Shown here piece by piece: positions 48,188 to 57,978 of a stretch of DNA of 64,000 nt. The stretch lies in the NCBI GenBank assembly GCA_964638415.1, contig CAZWYP010000006.1, positions 2,244 through 66,243 on the forward strand, read 5' to 3'. This DNA is from an uncultured Gammaproteobacteria bacterium (GTDB taxonomy: Bacteria > Patescibacteriota > Patescibacteriia > UBA1558 > GWA2-36-10). The notes beneath the pieces were generated by a model. The model saw only the letters and a program-made list of their open reading frames with translations, was not told the origin of the DNA and did not search any database. A program made the translations under genes and the position numbers. How positions within the stretch are numbered: position 1 is the first letter of the stretch; each line of letters opens with the position of its first letter.

Positions 48188-48277
48188 ATTATTAATATTA
48201 ATTAATATACAATAATAGCACAAATTATTATTTTTGTCAATATATACAGTAATTATAGCAAAATTAGCAATTATAAT

Positions 48278-48305
48278 AAAAGTCGCCTTGGGAGCGACTT
48301 TTTTT
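48278..48305. terminator. Intrinsic terminator
   Basis: AAAAGTCGC-cttggga-GCGACTTTT hairpin after the VOC gene. Confidence 0.72.
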
Positions 48306-48315
48306 ACTTTAAATT

Positions 48316-48705
48316 CTACTTAGCATTCTTATCCGCCTGATGCAAGCCAAAGGTGTTTCCTTCGGTATCCAGAAAATATCCCTGCCAGGCCATTCCTACC
48401 AAAGCATATTTTGGCAAGGCAATTTTACCGCCAGCTGATATAATCTTTTCCGCATAGAGATCAAAATTATCTACCTGCACAGTGCAAACATAAGCATTAG
48501 CACCGGCTGAATTTGCTGGACTTGGTCTTTGTAACAATCCTCCATTAATACCAGGTTCAGTGCTGCCTTCTGGGGCAGTCATCACTCCCCAGTACACCGG
48601 ATCCTCCAACCACTTGGGAAACTCCCAGCCAAAAACAGCTTGATAAAACTTTTTAGCGCGCTCAATGTCATCAGCGTGAATTTCAAAATGAACTACTCTA
48701 GGCAT
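48316..48705 (-). CDS. VOC/glyoxalase family protein
   Basis: VVHFEIHADD.ERA.KFY..VFGW, GINGGL, YF.DTEGN.FGL. Confidence 0.92.
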   Translation of the reverse strand: MPRVVHFEIHADDIERAKKFYQAVFGWEFPKWLEDPVYWGVMTAPEGSTEPGINGGLLQRPSPANSAGANAYVCTVQVDNFDLYAEKIISAGGKIALPKYALVGMAWQGYFLDTEGNTFGLHQADKNAK

Positions 48706-48724
48706 AATATTGTATATTAAATAA

Positions 48725-49303
48725 TTAAATCAAATGGATTAAACCGGCAGCAAACAGCAAGTTAAACAAAAAAGTTCCCAATAACATTACAATAAACAAT
48801 TCCCTCAACCGATAACCCAAAATAGCTAAAGGAATGATAATTAATTCATTAGGTAAGGGTACAAACATCACGAATAAAGCCAAAATAATAATCGGCCACC
48901 AGTAATTTCTATCCCGCCAACGGTCTAATCTCTGAAACCATTTATTCTGCACAGTTGACAGAGTAATTTCGCGGCCGGCATGGCCCAAGAAATACGCTAA
49001 GCAGTCCGCTAAAGTCATGCCTAGACTAATAATAATAATTGTCAGCCAGAAACTTAAGCCTGACTCTAAAAACAAAGGCAAAAAAGTAATAGCTGGAATA
49101 GGGACAATTAGATTAAAGCCAGAAATAGTCGAGATAATAAAAATTGCCCAATAGCCATAGATCATTACCAGTTCTCTCAGCAATTCATTATCCTTGGCAA
49201 AATGGCTAAGCCATAAAGCAAAAGCTAAAAAACAAAAAAAGAAAAGCAAGCGAATAATCGCTTTGGTAATTCTAGTGCTTTTCTTTAATTGTTTTCTGGC
49301 CAT
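48725..49303 (-). CDS. DedA/VTT-like membrane protein
   Basis: LIVPIP re-entrant motif, G.TLAD..AYFLG..GR, PLPNELI.IP....GY. Confidence 0.7.
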   Translation of the reverse strand: MARKQLKKSTRITKAIIRLLFFFCFLAFALWLSHFAKDNELLRELVMIYGYWAIFIISTISGFNLIVPIPAITFLPLFLESGLSFWLTIIIISLGMTLADCLAYFLGHAGREITLSTVQNKWFQRLDRWRDRNYWWPIIILALFVMFVPLPNELIIIPLAILGYRLRELFIVMLLGTFLFNLLFAAGLIHLI

Positions 49304-49388
49304 TGAATAGATTATAACAAATTTTAGAGAAATAATCTAAAATACCACCAATAAAAATTGGGGTATTATGTTTAATCAAGAATTAATA

Positions 49389-50096
49389 TTAAAAATTTCC
49401 AAAGAATCTTCCCGCTGCCAAACCAACCACTAAGGCTACACTACCTAATAACAAAGTTCTTAGCCCAGCTGACAACCAAGGCTTTTTAGTATATCTAGTA
49501 GTGACTGCTCCTAAAGCAAATAAGGCAAAGAGGGCTAAAATTATGGAAAAATAAACCGCCTGATCAATAGGGAAAAATAAATAAGCAGATAAAGGAATAT
49601 AACCGCCGATGATATAGGAGAAAAACATGAATAATCCCCGACGAATACTATCTTGGGAAGCATTGGGAAAAACATGCATCTCATGCACAGACATCTCTTT
49701 CAGCATTAATTTCTTGTTTTGCGTGGCAGCCGAGGCCATTTCCTTAGCTAAAGCTTTTGGCCAGCCATCGCGTAGGTAAATATTAGCTAAAATTTTTTTC
49801 TCCTCTTTGGTAAAATTAACTATTTCATATTTTTCCTCGGAGATTTTCCGCTCGGCAATATCTGCTTCTGATTTATTAGATAAATAAGAGCCAATCCCCA
49901 TGGAAATAGACTCTACGGCAATAATAACAAAACCAGCTAATAATACTGTCTGGTGACTTTGGCTGCCAGCCGCTACGCCGCTGACTGCTCCTAAGGTAGA
50001 GACCATGCCGTCTTCCAAGCCAAATAAAATCTCCCTAATGGTGGAAGCTACCTTGGATTTATCATGATGGAGGAAATTTTTGCGCTGATCAATCAT
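49389..50096 (-). CDS. VIT1/CCC1 family Fe/Mn transporter
   Basis: REILFGLEDGMVSTLG, ISMGIGSYLS.KSE, acidic EE..E loop, F.SY..GG..PL. Confidence 0.9.
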   Translation of the reverse strand: MIDQRKNFLHHDKSKVASTIREILFGLEDGMVSTLGAVSGVAAGSQSHQTVLLAGFVIIAVESISMGIGSYLSNKSEADIAERKISEEKYEIVNFTKEEKKILANIYLRDGWPKALAKEMASAATQNKKLMLKEMSVHEMHVFPNASQDSIRRGLFMFFSYIIGGYIPLSAYLFFPIDQAVYFSIILALFALFALGAVTTRYTKKPWLSAGLRTLLLGSVALVVGLAAGRFFGNF

Positions 50097-50126
50097 TTAA
50101 ATATTGCATCAGAATAATATTATTTA

Positions 50127-50603
50127 TTAAGCTGGCAATTTACTGTGGCGGACAATTATCAAGATAGACAATGCCAAAGATAAAATAAAGAAAACCAAAC
50201 CAAAGAAACAAGGGGTTAAAAATGGACTGGTAGTCACTACCCCAGAACAGCCGGCTGTAGGATTAAATCCCGCCTGGTAAAACTTAGTAAAGGTATAAAC
50301 CATATTGCCCCAAGCAAATAAGACACAAGCTACCAATAACCAGCGTAATTTCTTTTCTGCTGACAGTCTTTTTTCCTCTGCCAGCTTGTAAATCTTGACT
50401 GACCAGACTAAGGCGACAATAAAAGCAATAGCACCATAAAAACAAGGTGTGACTACGGGATTAGGCACGGTGCAATCCTTAACTTTAAAAATAGTGCCTT
50501 CTAAATCATAAAACCTAATAAAATCAGTAACCACGGTATACCAGGCAAAAATAGCGCCAGCTATCAATAGCCAGATCTGAGCAAGATATAATTTTTTAAG
50601 CAT
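50127..50603 (-). CDS. Four-TM membrane protein with duplicated Cys-pair loop
   Basis: Internal repeat FAW...C.....P..TPCF(Y/F)G present twice. Confidence 0.7.
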   Translation of the reverse strand: MLKKLYLAQIWLLIAGAIFAWYTVVTDFIRFYDLEGTIFKVKDCTVPNPVVTPCFYGAIAFIVALVWSVKIYKLAEEKRLSAEKKLRWLLVACVLFAWGNMVYTFTKFYQAGFNPTAGCSGVVTTSPFLTPCFFGLVFFILSLALSILIIVRHSKLPA

Positions 50604-50607
50604 ATCT

Positions 50608-50979
50608 TTAACGATTAATTTCTCTTTTATTGACTTCCGTGGGATTGAATAATTCCACTATTTCAGCAAATACTTTCCTAGTTCCTTCGGTATTATCTTT
50701 AGTATAATTGCAGATAAATACATCTAAAGTCAGATAATTATACTCTGGCCAGGTATGCATGCAGATATGCGATTCTGACAAGACATTAGCGCCGGTATAA
50801 CCTCCTTCATTGGGAAAAGAATAATAAAAAGCATGCAATTCTTTGAACTGATGCTTTTTAATAATTTCTGAAATTTTATCTTTAACTAATTCTGGGTTAA
50901 CCAGCAGGGATAATTGGTCGGTATGAATCTCTCCGACAATGTGCAGTCCACTGACTGCGCCATTAGGCCGTTGTTCCAT
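50608..50979 (-). CDS. speD: Pyruvoyl-dependent S-adenosylmethionine decarboxylase-family proenzyme
   Basis: GLH, GGYTG..VLSESH...HTWPE..Y..LDVF.C with the E/SH self-cleavage site. Confidence 0.85.
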   Translation of the reverse strand: MEQRPNGAVSGLHIVGEIHTDQLSLLVNPELVKDKISEIIKKHQFKELHAFYYSFPNEGGYTGANVLSESHICMHTWPEYNYLTLDVFICNYTKDNTEGTRKVFAEIVELFNPTEVNKREINR

Positions 50980-51043
50980 TTCTTTGTTAAGGCTAAATAA
51001 TAATGGGATTATTATACCACTAGCAGCTTAAAAATTCAATAAT

Positions 51044-51712
51044 TTAGTTGTTAATGCTGCGTAAAGTTACTTCAAAAATAAGGGTAGCATTGGGAGGAAT
51101 CGGTCCAGAACCGCTCTCACCATAAGCTAATTCTGAAGGAATGGTCAGTTTTCTTACTTCACCAACTTTCATTCCTAACAAACCCTGATCCCAACCGGGA
51201 ATCACTGTGCCTTCGCCAATGGTAAAGGTATATGGCTCGCGGCCTACGCTGGAATCAAATTGAGTACCATCTTCCAAGGTACCGGTATAGTCCACGGTGA
51301 TAGAGTCACCGGAAACCACCACTGCTTCTCCAGTACCGGGAGTTAAAATTTCTGTCTGTACTTGCATATTAGTATTATTTACATTAGGTTGATTAGCTGC
51401 CATTTGTTCGGCAATCTCTTTAATATTCATCCCTTCGGGGAAAAACAATTCTCCATCCTTGGTAAGGTAAGAATCTACTACTGTGCCATTAGGCAAAGTC
51501 AGGGATAATTTATACATACCGCGATCTTTTACCGCTTCCTTAACAGTCACTGTAGAACCAGGCTGCATTAAATTATCATTAATGAATTTTTCACCAATAG
51601 TCTTGGCTTCCTCTAAAGAAATTGCTTTGACATTGTCTTTAGTGAAAATAATATATCCGGCCAAGCCTAGGATAATAACGGCAAAAACCGCTAATAGGAT
51701 ATTCTTTTGCAT
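51044..51712 (-). CDS. Membrane-anchored FKBP-type peptidyl-prolyl isomerase
   Basis: [53 protein letters not shown]; N-terminal TM plus DsbC-N-like YLTKDG.LFF domain. Confidence 0.92.
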   Translation of the reverse strand: MQKNILLAVFAVIILGLAGYIIFTKDNVKAISLEEAKTIGEKFINDNLMQPGSTVTVKEAVKDRGMYKLSLTLPNGTVVDSYLTKDGELFFPEGMNIKEIAEQMAANQPNVNNTNMQVQTEILTPGTGEAVVVSGDSITVDYTGTLEDGTQFDSSVGREPYTFTIGEGTVIPGWDQGLLGMKVGEVRKLTIPSELAYGESGSGPIPPNATLIFEVTLRSINN

Positions 51713-51838
51713 GGTTTAAATTTAATAATTAGCTGGTATATTATACTACTCTGCCTTCAATGAGTAAAGGAAAAACCTGAAACTTCAGATCTTGACTTTT
51801 TTTAATTTTTTAAGTATTATTTAGTGCGTATAATTTAC

Positions 51839-51914
51839 GCCACCCTAGCTCAGTTGGTAGAGCTACAGTTTTGTAAACTGTGGGTCGTCGGTTCGAGTCC
51901 GACGGGTGGCTCCA
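51839..51914 (+). tRNA. tRNA-Thr (UGU)
   Basis: Cloverleaf: GCCACCC/GGGTGGC acceptor, GCTC/GAGC D-stem, ACAGT-TT-TGT-AA-ACTGT anticodon arm, GTCGG-TTCGAGT-CCGAC, encoded CCA. Confidence 0.97.
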
Positions 51915-51944
51915 GAAAATTAACTAATTTTAAATAGCAACAGT

Positions 51945-52100
51945 ATGTCACAGGATAATTTAGCTAAATTAGAGTGCACAGAATGCCGTAATATCAATTA
52001 CCAGACTTCTCGCAATAAGAAAGTAATTAAAGAACGTCTGCAAATGAAGAAATATTGCGAACACTGCAAAAAGCACGTCTTACACAAAGAAACCAAATAA
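51945..52100 (+). CDS. rpmG: 50S ribosomal protein L33 (not in ORF track)
   Basis: Translated by hand: [51 protein letters not shown] (51 aa, Zn-binding form). Confidence 0.96.
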   Translation: MSQDNLAKLECTECRNINYQTSRNKKVIKERLQMKKYCEHCKKHVLHKETK

Positions 52101-52122
52101 TCCCATACCTTTGGGATTCTTT

Positions 52123-52196
52123 GGGGGGTTAGTATAGTGGCAGTACAAGGGTCTCCAAAACCTTTGGCGTGGGTTCGATTCCTACACCCCCTGCCA
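52123..52196 (+). tRNA. tRNA-Trp (CCA)
   Basis: GGGGGGT/ACCCCCT acceptor, AGGGT-CT-CCA-AA-ACCTT anticodon arm, GTGGG-TTCGATT-CCTAC, G73 discriminator and CCA. Confidence 0.96.
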
Positions 52197-52225
52197 AAAA
52201 TACCTATAGCAATATGGGTGTTTTT
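52197..52225 (+). terminator. Intrinsic terminator after tRNA-Trp
   Basis: AAAATACCTATA-gcaa-TATGGGTGTTTTT hairpin with G-U pairs and T-tail. Confidence 0.65.
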
Positions 52226-52280
52226 ATTGCCTTGATTTTTCTAACAATCCTCTGCTAAGATAAAATCATAATCCAAACCT

Positions 52281-53483
52281 ATGAAAAAAATATTATCCTT
52301 ACTACTTATAACCATTGTCTTAGCGGGTTGTACCCCTAAAGGTTATGGAGAATTAAGTAAATTTCTTCGTCCAGATATTAAGGACGATTTCTGTGGAGTA
52401 CATATTAATTTTCAATACTGTAAATGTGCCTTCCATAATGAATACTGTGATGCTATTGGTTTAGACAAAGGGGCTGCTAAATCTTATGTCTATTCAGAAT
52501 ATGATAAGTGGATCAATGACTTACTAGCTACTTTTGAGACTAGTTGTACTACTGCTGGTGGTTTTTACACCGATGAAGCTTGTCAGTACTGTACTGACGG
52601 TTATGTATCAAATGGTGAAGATTGTGTAGATCAAACTGTCTTAGCTGAAAAAGGATCAGAAGAAATAGCAAATAATACTGGCGAAGAACTATTTGATGCA
52701 GACTGTAATCTTAATCAGGAGTTATTTGATCAAGATTGGCGTAAATACTCTGACATTGATGATGTTATTCCTTTTGAAGAAAGAAGTTATGAAGCTAAAC
52801 AAGCAGTCACTGCCTATGAAAACATGATAGAAAAAATGGTCTTAGCCTTTGAATTAGAAAGAGATATTGAAATAGAAAATCAAATGCAGACAGAATTAAC
52901 TGAATATAGAACTGCTTTAGTTAATAATATTAAAACTAACTTATTAAAAGCTTTTTGGAGACTATCTTGGGTAACTTACAACACCATCCAAAGCGGTAAA
53001 GGCTTGGGCCAATCTTACACTCAGGTATTAAATGCCAGCGAAGCAGCCGAAGCAGTAGGCGCTGGTTTAAAAGTAGTTCAAGGAGTAATTCCCGGTAATT
53101 CTTCTTTAGCTATTGATACTTCCGACTTTAGTGGCAAAGTGGAATCAGTTGGTGTTAATGTGGCTTTAGAAGCAGTAGACACTTTAGGTGACCCAGTTAA
53201 AGTAGCTACTGAATTATTTAAGAGCGCAGCATCAGCACCTCTACCTTCCGCTGATATCTCAGAAGAAGAAATAAACATCCTAAGAGAACAACATCTAAAT
53301 AAAGGTGTGATAGATAAAGCACTAGCTGACAGCCAAGCAGCTAATAATGAACGACAAACAAAACTTAATCAGTTAGAGACGGAAATAGTTGAATTACAAA
53401 CTCAAATAGATGAATGGGAGGCCAAAGAAAAAGACCGAGTCAAAGCTGGATTAGAAAATACTTGTGAGAATGGAAATTTGTAA
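52281..53483 (+). CDS. Hypothetical lipoprotein with Cys-rich N-terminal region and coiled-coil C-terminus
   Basis: Lipobox VLAG/C after MKKILSLLLITI; acidic 400-aa protein. Confidence 0.78.
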   Translation: MKKILSLLLITIVLAGCTPKGYGELSKFLRPDIKDDFCGVHINFQYCKCAFHNEYCDAIGLDKGAAKSYVYSEYDKWINDLLATFETSCTTAGGFYTDEACQYCTDGYVSNGEDCVDQTVLAEKGSEEIANNTGEELFDADCNLNQELFDQDWRKYSDIDDVIPFEERSYEAKQAVTAYENMIEKMVLAFELERDIEIENQMQTELTEYRTALVNNIKTNLLKAFWRLSWVTYNTIQSGKGLGQSYTQVLNASEAAEAVGAGLKVVQGVIPGNSSLAIDTSDFSGKVESVGVNVALEAVDTLGDPVKVATELFKSAASAPLPSADISEEEINILREQHLNKGVIDKALADSQAANNERQTKLNQLETEIVELQTQIDEWEAKEKDRVKAGLENTCENGNL

Positions 53484-53485
53484 AT

Positions 53486-53521
53486 AAAAGAAATAATCCC
53501 TGTAAAGGGATTATTTCTTTT
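53486..53521. terminator. Bidirectional terminator
   Basis: Perfect 16-bp stem AAAAGAAATAATCCCT-gtaa-AGGGATTATTTCTTTT, overlapping the stop of the 69-aa gene. Confidence 0.85.
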
Positions 53522-53720
53522 TTCTCATCTTCTTAATAGCCGCTACTCCTACCAATAAAGCGGTTGCTCCAGCAATAGTGGTAAGTAATTTCTTTTTCTT
53601 AGCCGGCTCCATTTTATCATATTTAGCCTTTAAGCCTTTCATCTGGATCAGCATTTTATTAGTCAGCTGCTGCAAATACTCATACTTATCCGTAGTTTTT
53701 TTAGTTGTTTTCTTAGGCAT
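53511..53720 (-). CDS. Small basic protein with C-terminal hydrophobic anchor
   Basis: 69 aa, AGGAGG RBS, TGCTACAAT extended -10 upstream, tail TM IAGATALLVGVAAI followed by KKMRKKK. Confidence 0.7.
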   Translation of the reverse strand: MPKKTTKKTTDKYEYLQQLTNKMLIQMKGLKAKYDKMEPAKKKKLLTTIAGATALLVGVAAIKKMRKKK

Positions 53721-53761
53721 AAAATTATTCCTCCTAAATTAATTGTAGCATTAAAAGCAGA

Positions 53762-54859
53762 TTACCACCAACTCTTCTTACTGGACTTTAATTCTTTGTC
53801 TAATTCTTCAATTAATTGCTTTTGCTTTTTAGTCAGTTTAGTCGGCACATCTACTTGCACAATTACCACCTGATCTCCCCTACCTCTACTATTTAAATGA
53901 TTAACTCCCTTATTGCGCAGAATGAATTGCTGGCCGGACGGAGTACCATTTGGAATCTTCAACTTAACCTGTCCGTCAATAGTTTTAACTTTAACTTCAC
54001 CGCCTAAAACTGCCGTACTGAAAGGAATCTCCATTTTGGTAATTAAATCATCGCCTTCCCTTTCAAAACCAGCTTCTGGACGAATACGCACGGCAATGTA
54101 TAAATCTCCAGCACTAGCTCCTCTGACACCGCCATTTCCTTTGCCAGATAATCTAATAGACTGCCCTTCATTAATACCAGCCGGTATTTCTACCTTAATA
54201 TGCTCAGTTTCTGTTTTTAAGCCATCACCGCCACACTGGCCGCATTTCTCTTTAATCTGCTTGCCTTTACCTCGGCAATGCGGGCAAGTGGTTTGTGTCT
54301 GAAATTGCCCTAAAATAGTAGTGGTGACTCTACCGCGCCCATTACAGGCACTGCAGGTTTCAAAAGCAGTTCCCTCTTTAGCCCCACTGCCATCGCAAGA
54401 CTGGCATTTGTTCTGCTTGCGCAAAGATATTTCTTTGCTAGCGCCAAACACTGCTTCGGATAAGCTTATTTCCAAATCTACTTCAATATCTGAACCGCGT
54501 TCAGTCCTTGTTTGTCGTCCACCCATACCACCACCAAAGAAACTACCAAAAATATCTCCAAGATCAAAATCAAAGTCAGCGGTACCCTGTTGAAATCCCC
54601 CAAAAGGATTATTACCAAAAGGATTGCTGCCGCCAAAGCCTTGGGCTCCCTCAAAAGTCTGCCCGAATTGATCATACTGGGCGCGCTTGTCTTTATTACC
54701 TAATACCTGGTAAGCTTCATTGATTTCCTTAAACTTAGCATCCTGACCACTGTTTTTATCTGGATGATGTTCATGAGCTAATTTGCGGAAAGCTTTTTTT
54801 ATATCTTCAGCACTGGAATTTTTTTCCACACCGAGAATTTTATAGTAGTCTTTGGACAT
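53762..54859 (-). CDS. dnaJ: Chaperone DnaJ
   Basis: DYYKILGV, HPD, G/F region, four CxxCxGxG motifs. Confidence 0.97.
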   Translation of the reverse strand: MSKDYYKILGVEKNSSAEDIKKAFRKLAHEHHPDKNSGQDAKFKEINEAYQVLGNKDKRAQYDQFGQTFEGAQGFGGSNPFGNNPFGGFQQGTADFDFDLGDIFGSFFGGGMGGRQTRTERGSDIEVDLEISLSEAVFGASKEISLRKQNKCQSCDGSGAKEGTAFETCSACNGRGRVTTTILGQFQTQTTCPHCRGKGKQIKEKCGQCGGDGLKTETEHIKVEIPAGINEGQSIRLSGKGNGGVRGASAGDLYIAVRIRPEAGFEREGDDLITKMEIPFSTAVLGGEVKVKTIDGQVKLKIPNGTPSGQQFILRNKGVNHLNSRGRGDQVVIVQVDVPTKLTKKQKQLIEELDKELKSSKKSWW

Positions 54860-54866
54860 CTACAGA

Positions 54867-56753
54867 CTATTTATTATCCTTAACTTCTTCGTATTGGCCC
54901 TCAACCGGCTCATCTTTCTTCTGCTCTGCTTCCGGTTGTGCCTGTTGCTGATTAGCCTGCTGGTACATCGCTGCACCGATTTTCTGCACAACTTCATCCA
55001 TGTCTTTAATGGCAGCTTTAATCGCTTCAATGCTAGAGCCGTCTTTTACTGCCTTAACTGCAGAAATCTTTTCTTCCATTAATTTCTTGTCTTCTTCTTT
55101 AATCTTATCTGCATTTTCCTTAATGAACTTCTCCGTCTGGAAAATAACATTGTCTGCCTGATTGCGGGTATCTACTTCTTCTTTCTTCTTTTTATCTTCT
55201 TCAGCGTGCATTTCTGCATCTTTCTGCATGCGGTCAATTTCATCTTTAGACAAGCCGGAAGAAGACTGAATAGTAATCTTTTGCTCCTTACCAGTAGCCT
55301 TATCTTGTGCCTTAACGTTCAAAATGCCATTAGCATCAATGTCAAAGCTAACCTCAATCTGCGGAATGCCGCGAGGTGAAGGCGGAATACCATCAAGCAT
55401 AAAACGGCCTAGGGTTTTGTTGTCAGCGGCCATTTCACGCTCTCCCTGCAGGATATGGATTTCCACACTAGGCTGGTTATCTGCAGCGGTAGAAAAAATC
55501 TGGCTCTTGGAAGTAGGAATAGTAGTATTGCGGGGAATTAAAGGAGTTCGTACGCCGCCTAAAGTTTCAATGCCTAAAGTCAAAGGAGTAACGTCTAATA
55601 ATAACACGTCCTTAACATCTCCTTGTAATACTCCAGCTTGTACGGCAGCACCCATCGCTACCACTTCATCTGGATTAACAGAGATATTAGGCTTCTTGCC
55701 AAAAAACTCCTCCACTTTCTTCTGTACCAAAGGCATGCGAGTCATACCGCCAACTAAGATTACTTCTTCAATATCTGCCGGAGTAACCTGGGCATCGGTT
55801 AAAGCTTTCTTGCAGGGTTCCAAAGTCTTATTTACCAAATCTCCTACTAATTCTTCCAATTTAGCCCTAGTCATCTTCATTACCAAGTGCTTGGGACCAG
55901 ACGCATCAGTGGTAATAAACGGTTGGTTAATTTCTGTTTCCATTGAGGAAGATAATTCAATTTTGGCTTTTTCTCCCGCTTCTTTCAAGCGCTGCAAAGC
56001 CAAGGGATCGTGAGACAAGTCAATGCCTTCCTGTTTTTTAAACTCGGAAATAATCCAGTCAATAATCCGCTGATCAAAATCATCACCGCCTAGGTGGGTA
56101 TCTCCGTTAGTGGATTTCACTTCTACCGTATCCTGGGAAACATCCAAAATGGAAATATCAAAAGTACCGCCACCCAAGTCATAAACAGCGATCTGCTGGT
56201 CTTTTTTCTTGTCAAAGCCATAAGCTAAAGCGGCCGCAGTCGGTTCATTAATAATGCGTTTAACTTCCAAACCGGCAATTTTACCAGCATCCTTAGTTGC
56301 TTGTCGCTGAGAATCATCAAAATAGGCCGGTACGGTAATCACCGCTTCCGTTACCGGTGAACCCAGTCTTTCTTCAGCATCAGCTTTAAGCTTCTGCAAT
56401 ACCATGGCAGAAATTTCCTGCGGGCTGTAATCTTTACCAGCCATCACTACTTTAACGCCAGATCCGTCTTTACTTATTTTATACGGCAAATTCTTCACAT
56501 CCTGGTCAACCGTGCTGTCATTAGAACGGCGGCCAATTAATCTCTTCACGGAAAAAATAGTATTCTCCGGATTAGTCACTGCCTGCCGTTTAGCCGGTAA
56601 ACCCACTACCCGCTCATTACTCTTGGTAATTGCTACCATGGACGGCGTAGTCCTATTACCTTCTTTGTTTTCCAAAATTTTAGGCTTACCCCCTTCAATA
56701 ATTGCTACTGCGGAGTTGGTGGTACCTAAGTCTATACCAATAATCTTTCCCAT
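54867..56753 (-). CDS. dnaK: Chaperone DnaK
   Basis: [48 protein letters not shown]. Confidence 0.99.
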   Translation of the reverse strand: MGKIIGIDLGTTNSAVAIIEGGKPKILENKEGNRTTPSMVAITKSNERVVGLPAKRQAVTNPENTIFSVKRLIGRRSNDSTVDQDVKNLPYKISKDGSGVKVVMAGKDYSPQEISAMVLQKLKADAEERLGSPVTEAVITVPAYFDDSQRQATKDAGKIAGLEVKRIINEPTAAALAYGFDKKKDQQIAVYDLGGGTFDISILDVSQDTVEVKSTNGDTHLGGDDFDQRIIDWIISEFKKQEGIDLSHDPLALQRLKEAGEKAKIELSSSMETEINQPFITTDASGPKHLVMKMTRAKLEELVGDLVNKTLEPCKKALTDAQVTPADIEEVILVGGMTRMPLVQKKVEEFFGKKPNISVNPDEVVAMGAAVQAGVLQGDVKDVLLLDVTPLTLGIETLGGVRTPLIPRNTTIPTSKSQIFSTAADNQPSVEIHILQGEREMAADNKTLGRFMLDGIPPSPRGIPQIEVSFDIDANGILNVKAQDKATGKEQKITIQSSSGLSKDEIDRMQKDAEMHAEEDKKKKEEVDTRNQADNVIFQTEKFIKENADKIKEEDKKLMEEKISAVKAVKDGSSIEAIKAAIKDMDEVVQKIGAAMYQQANQQQAQPEAEQKKDEPVEGQYEEVKDNK

Positions 56754-56758
56754 ATTAT

Positions 56759-57082
56759 TTATTCTTTAAAATTTTTTAATAAATTATTATTTTTAATAAC
56801 CTCCCTGATGGCCAATACGTCATCGGCCGACAAATCATCGCCAACGGCAAAATCCATCACTTCCTGGGGCTTAAGATCGGTCAAAATCGCATTACCCACC
56901 ACGCCTTGCGGCACCGAAGCTAATTTAGTTAATAAGCTGGCGCCGCAAGTAGCACAAGTGGCATAGGTTAAAATGCCCAGCTCGCTTTCGTCTAATACCT
57001 GGATCATCGCCGACTGGTAATCTGCGCTGCAAACCGGGCATTTCCGTATTAATCTTAAATTTATCGGTAAATGGCTGAGCAT
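56759..57082 (-). CDS. Uncharacterised Zn-ribbon protein in the heat-shock operon
   Basis: CPVC...CATC, then TDL...E...F...LSADDVL; ATG directly follows the hsp20 TAA. Confidence 0.75.
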   Translation of the reverse strand: MLSHLPINLRLIRKCPVCSADYQSAMIQVLDESELGILTYATCATCGASLLTKLASVPQGVVGNAILTDLKPQEVMDFAVGDDLSADDVLAIREVIKNNNLLKNFKE

Positions 57083-57478
57083 TTACTTGGCAATGTCAAT
57101 TTTAATATTGCGTGACTTAGCCCGCTCTTCTTTAGGCAAGACTACTTTCAATAAGCCATTAGCAAAGGTAGCCTGAGCCTTATCTGCCTGAACAGAAGCC
57201 GGCAAAATAACCGAGCGGTGGAAAGAGCCAGTCCGCACTTCTTTGCGGTAATAGTTCTTCTCTTCCAATTCCGATTTGGATTCCCGCTTGCCTTCCACAG
57301 TGAAGACATCATCTTTAACGGAAATACTGACGTCTTCCGGAGCAATGCCAGCCAAACTGGTTTCAATTACCACATTCTCCCGATCTTCATAAACATCCAT
57401 GGCGGGCAAGAAATTGGTCAAACCGCTTTCCAAATTCTCAAAGGTGTCCAAAAATGGACTCCAAGGTATGATTGACAT
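57083..57478 (-). CDS. Hsp20/alpha-crystallin small heat-shock protein
   Basis: PAMDVYED, LAGI..EDV.I, E.RTGSFHRS..LP, A.F.NGLL.V.LPK; AAGGAG RBS. Confidence 0.95.
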   Translation of the reverse strand: MSIIPWSPFLDTFENLESGLTNFLPAMDVYEDRENVVIETSLAGIAPEDVSISVKDDVFTVEGKRESKSELEEKNYYRKEVRTGSFHRSVILPASVQADKAQATFANGLLKVVLPKEERAKSRNIKIDIAK

Positions 57479-57493
57479 AGTTTTCTCCTTTCT

Positions 57494-57973
57494 TTAACTT
57501 AATTGATTAATTATTACTTTAGCCGGTCTAATTATCTGCCCTTCCGCCTGAAAACCAGCTTGCTTTTCCTCCACGATTTCCTGATCCGGCTTGCTATCGT
57601 CTTGGATCTGCCCGATGGCTTCATGCTGGTGAGGATCAAATAACTCTCCGACTGTTTTTATTTTTTTAATATTATGGCTGCTTAAGAAGCTTTCCCACAT
57701 TTTCAGAATATGTTCTAAACCAACTGCCCAGGAATCTTGCTTGTTATTGCTGGGAATATGTTCCAAAGCAGTCTGGTAATTGTCAAAGATGGGTAATAGT
57801 TCAGAAATGATATCAGTTACTAACCAACTTTTTAATGAAATAATTTTCTGCTCTGACTCTTTCTGCAAGTTTTGGTAATCCGCCAATGCTGTCTGCCAGC
57901 CCAGTAAATTCTGCGCCGCTTCTTCCTCTAACTGCACTAAGCGCTCTTGCTCGTTTATTTTCTCTTCACTCAT
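57494..57973 (-). CDS. grpE: Nucleotide exchange factor GrpE
   Basis: ADYQN, LLPIFDN, GE.FDP.QHEA, Q.GF.....IRPAKV. Confidence 0.93.
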   Translation of the reverse strand: MSEEKINEQERLVQLEEEAAQNLLGWQTALADYQNLQKESEQKIISLKSWLVTDIISELLPIFDNYQTALEHIPSNNKQDSWAVGLEHILKMWESFLSSHNIKKIKTVGELFDPHQHEAIGQIQDDSKPDQEIVEEKQAGFQAEGQIIRPAKVIINQLS

Positions 57974-57978
57974 AATTA

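Noticed and set aside
52123-52196. UGA recoding (genetic code 25 or 4)
   Set aside because: tRNA-Trp has a CCA anticodon, core ORFs are full-length under code 11, and TGA ends genes in ATGA overlaps.
55324-56013. 229-aa plus-strand ORF
   Set aside because: Lies antisense to dnaK; long antisense ORFs over dnaK are a well-known codon-pattern artefact.
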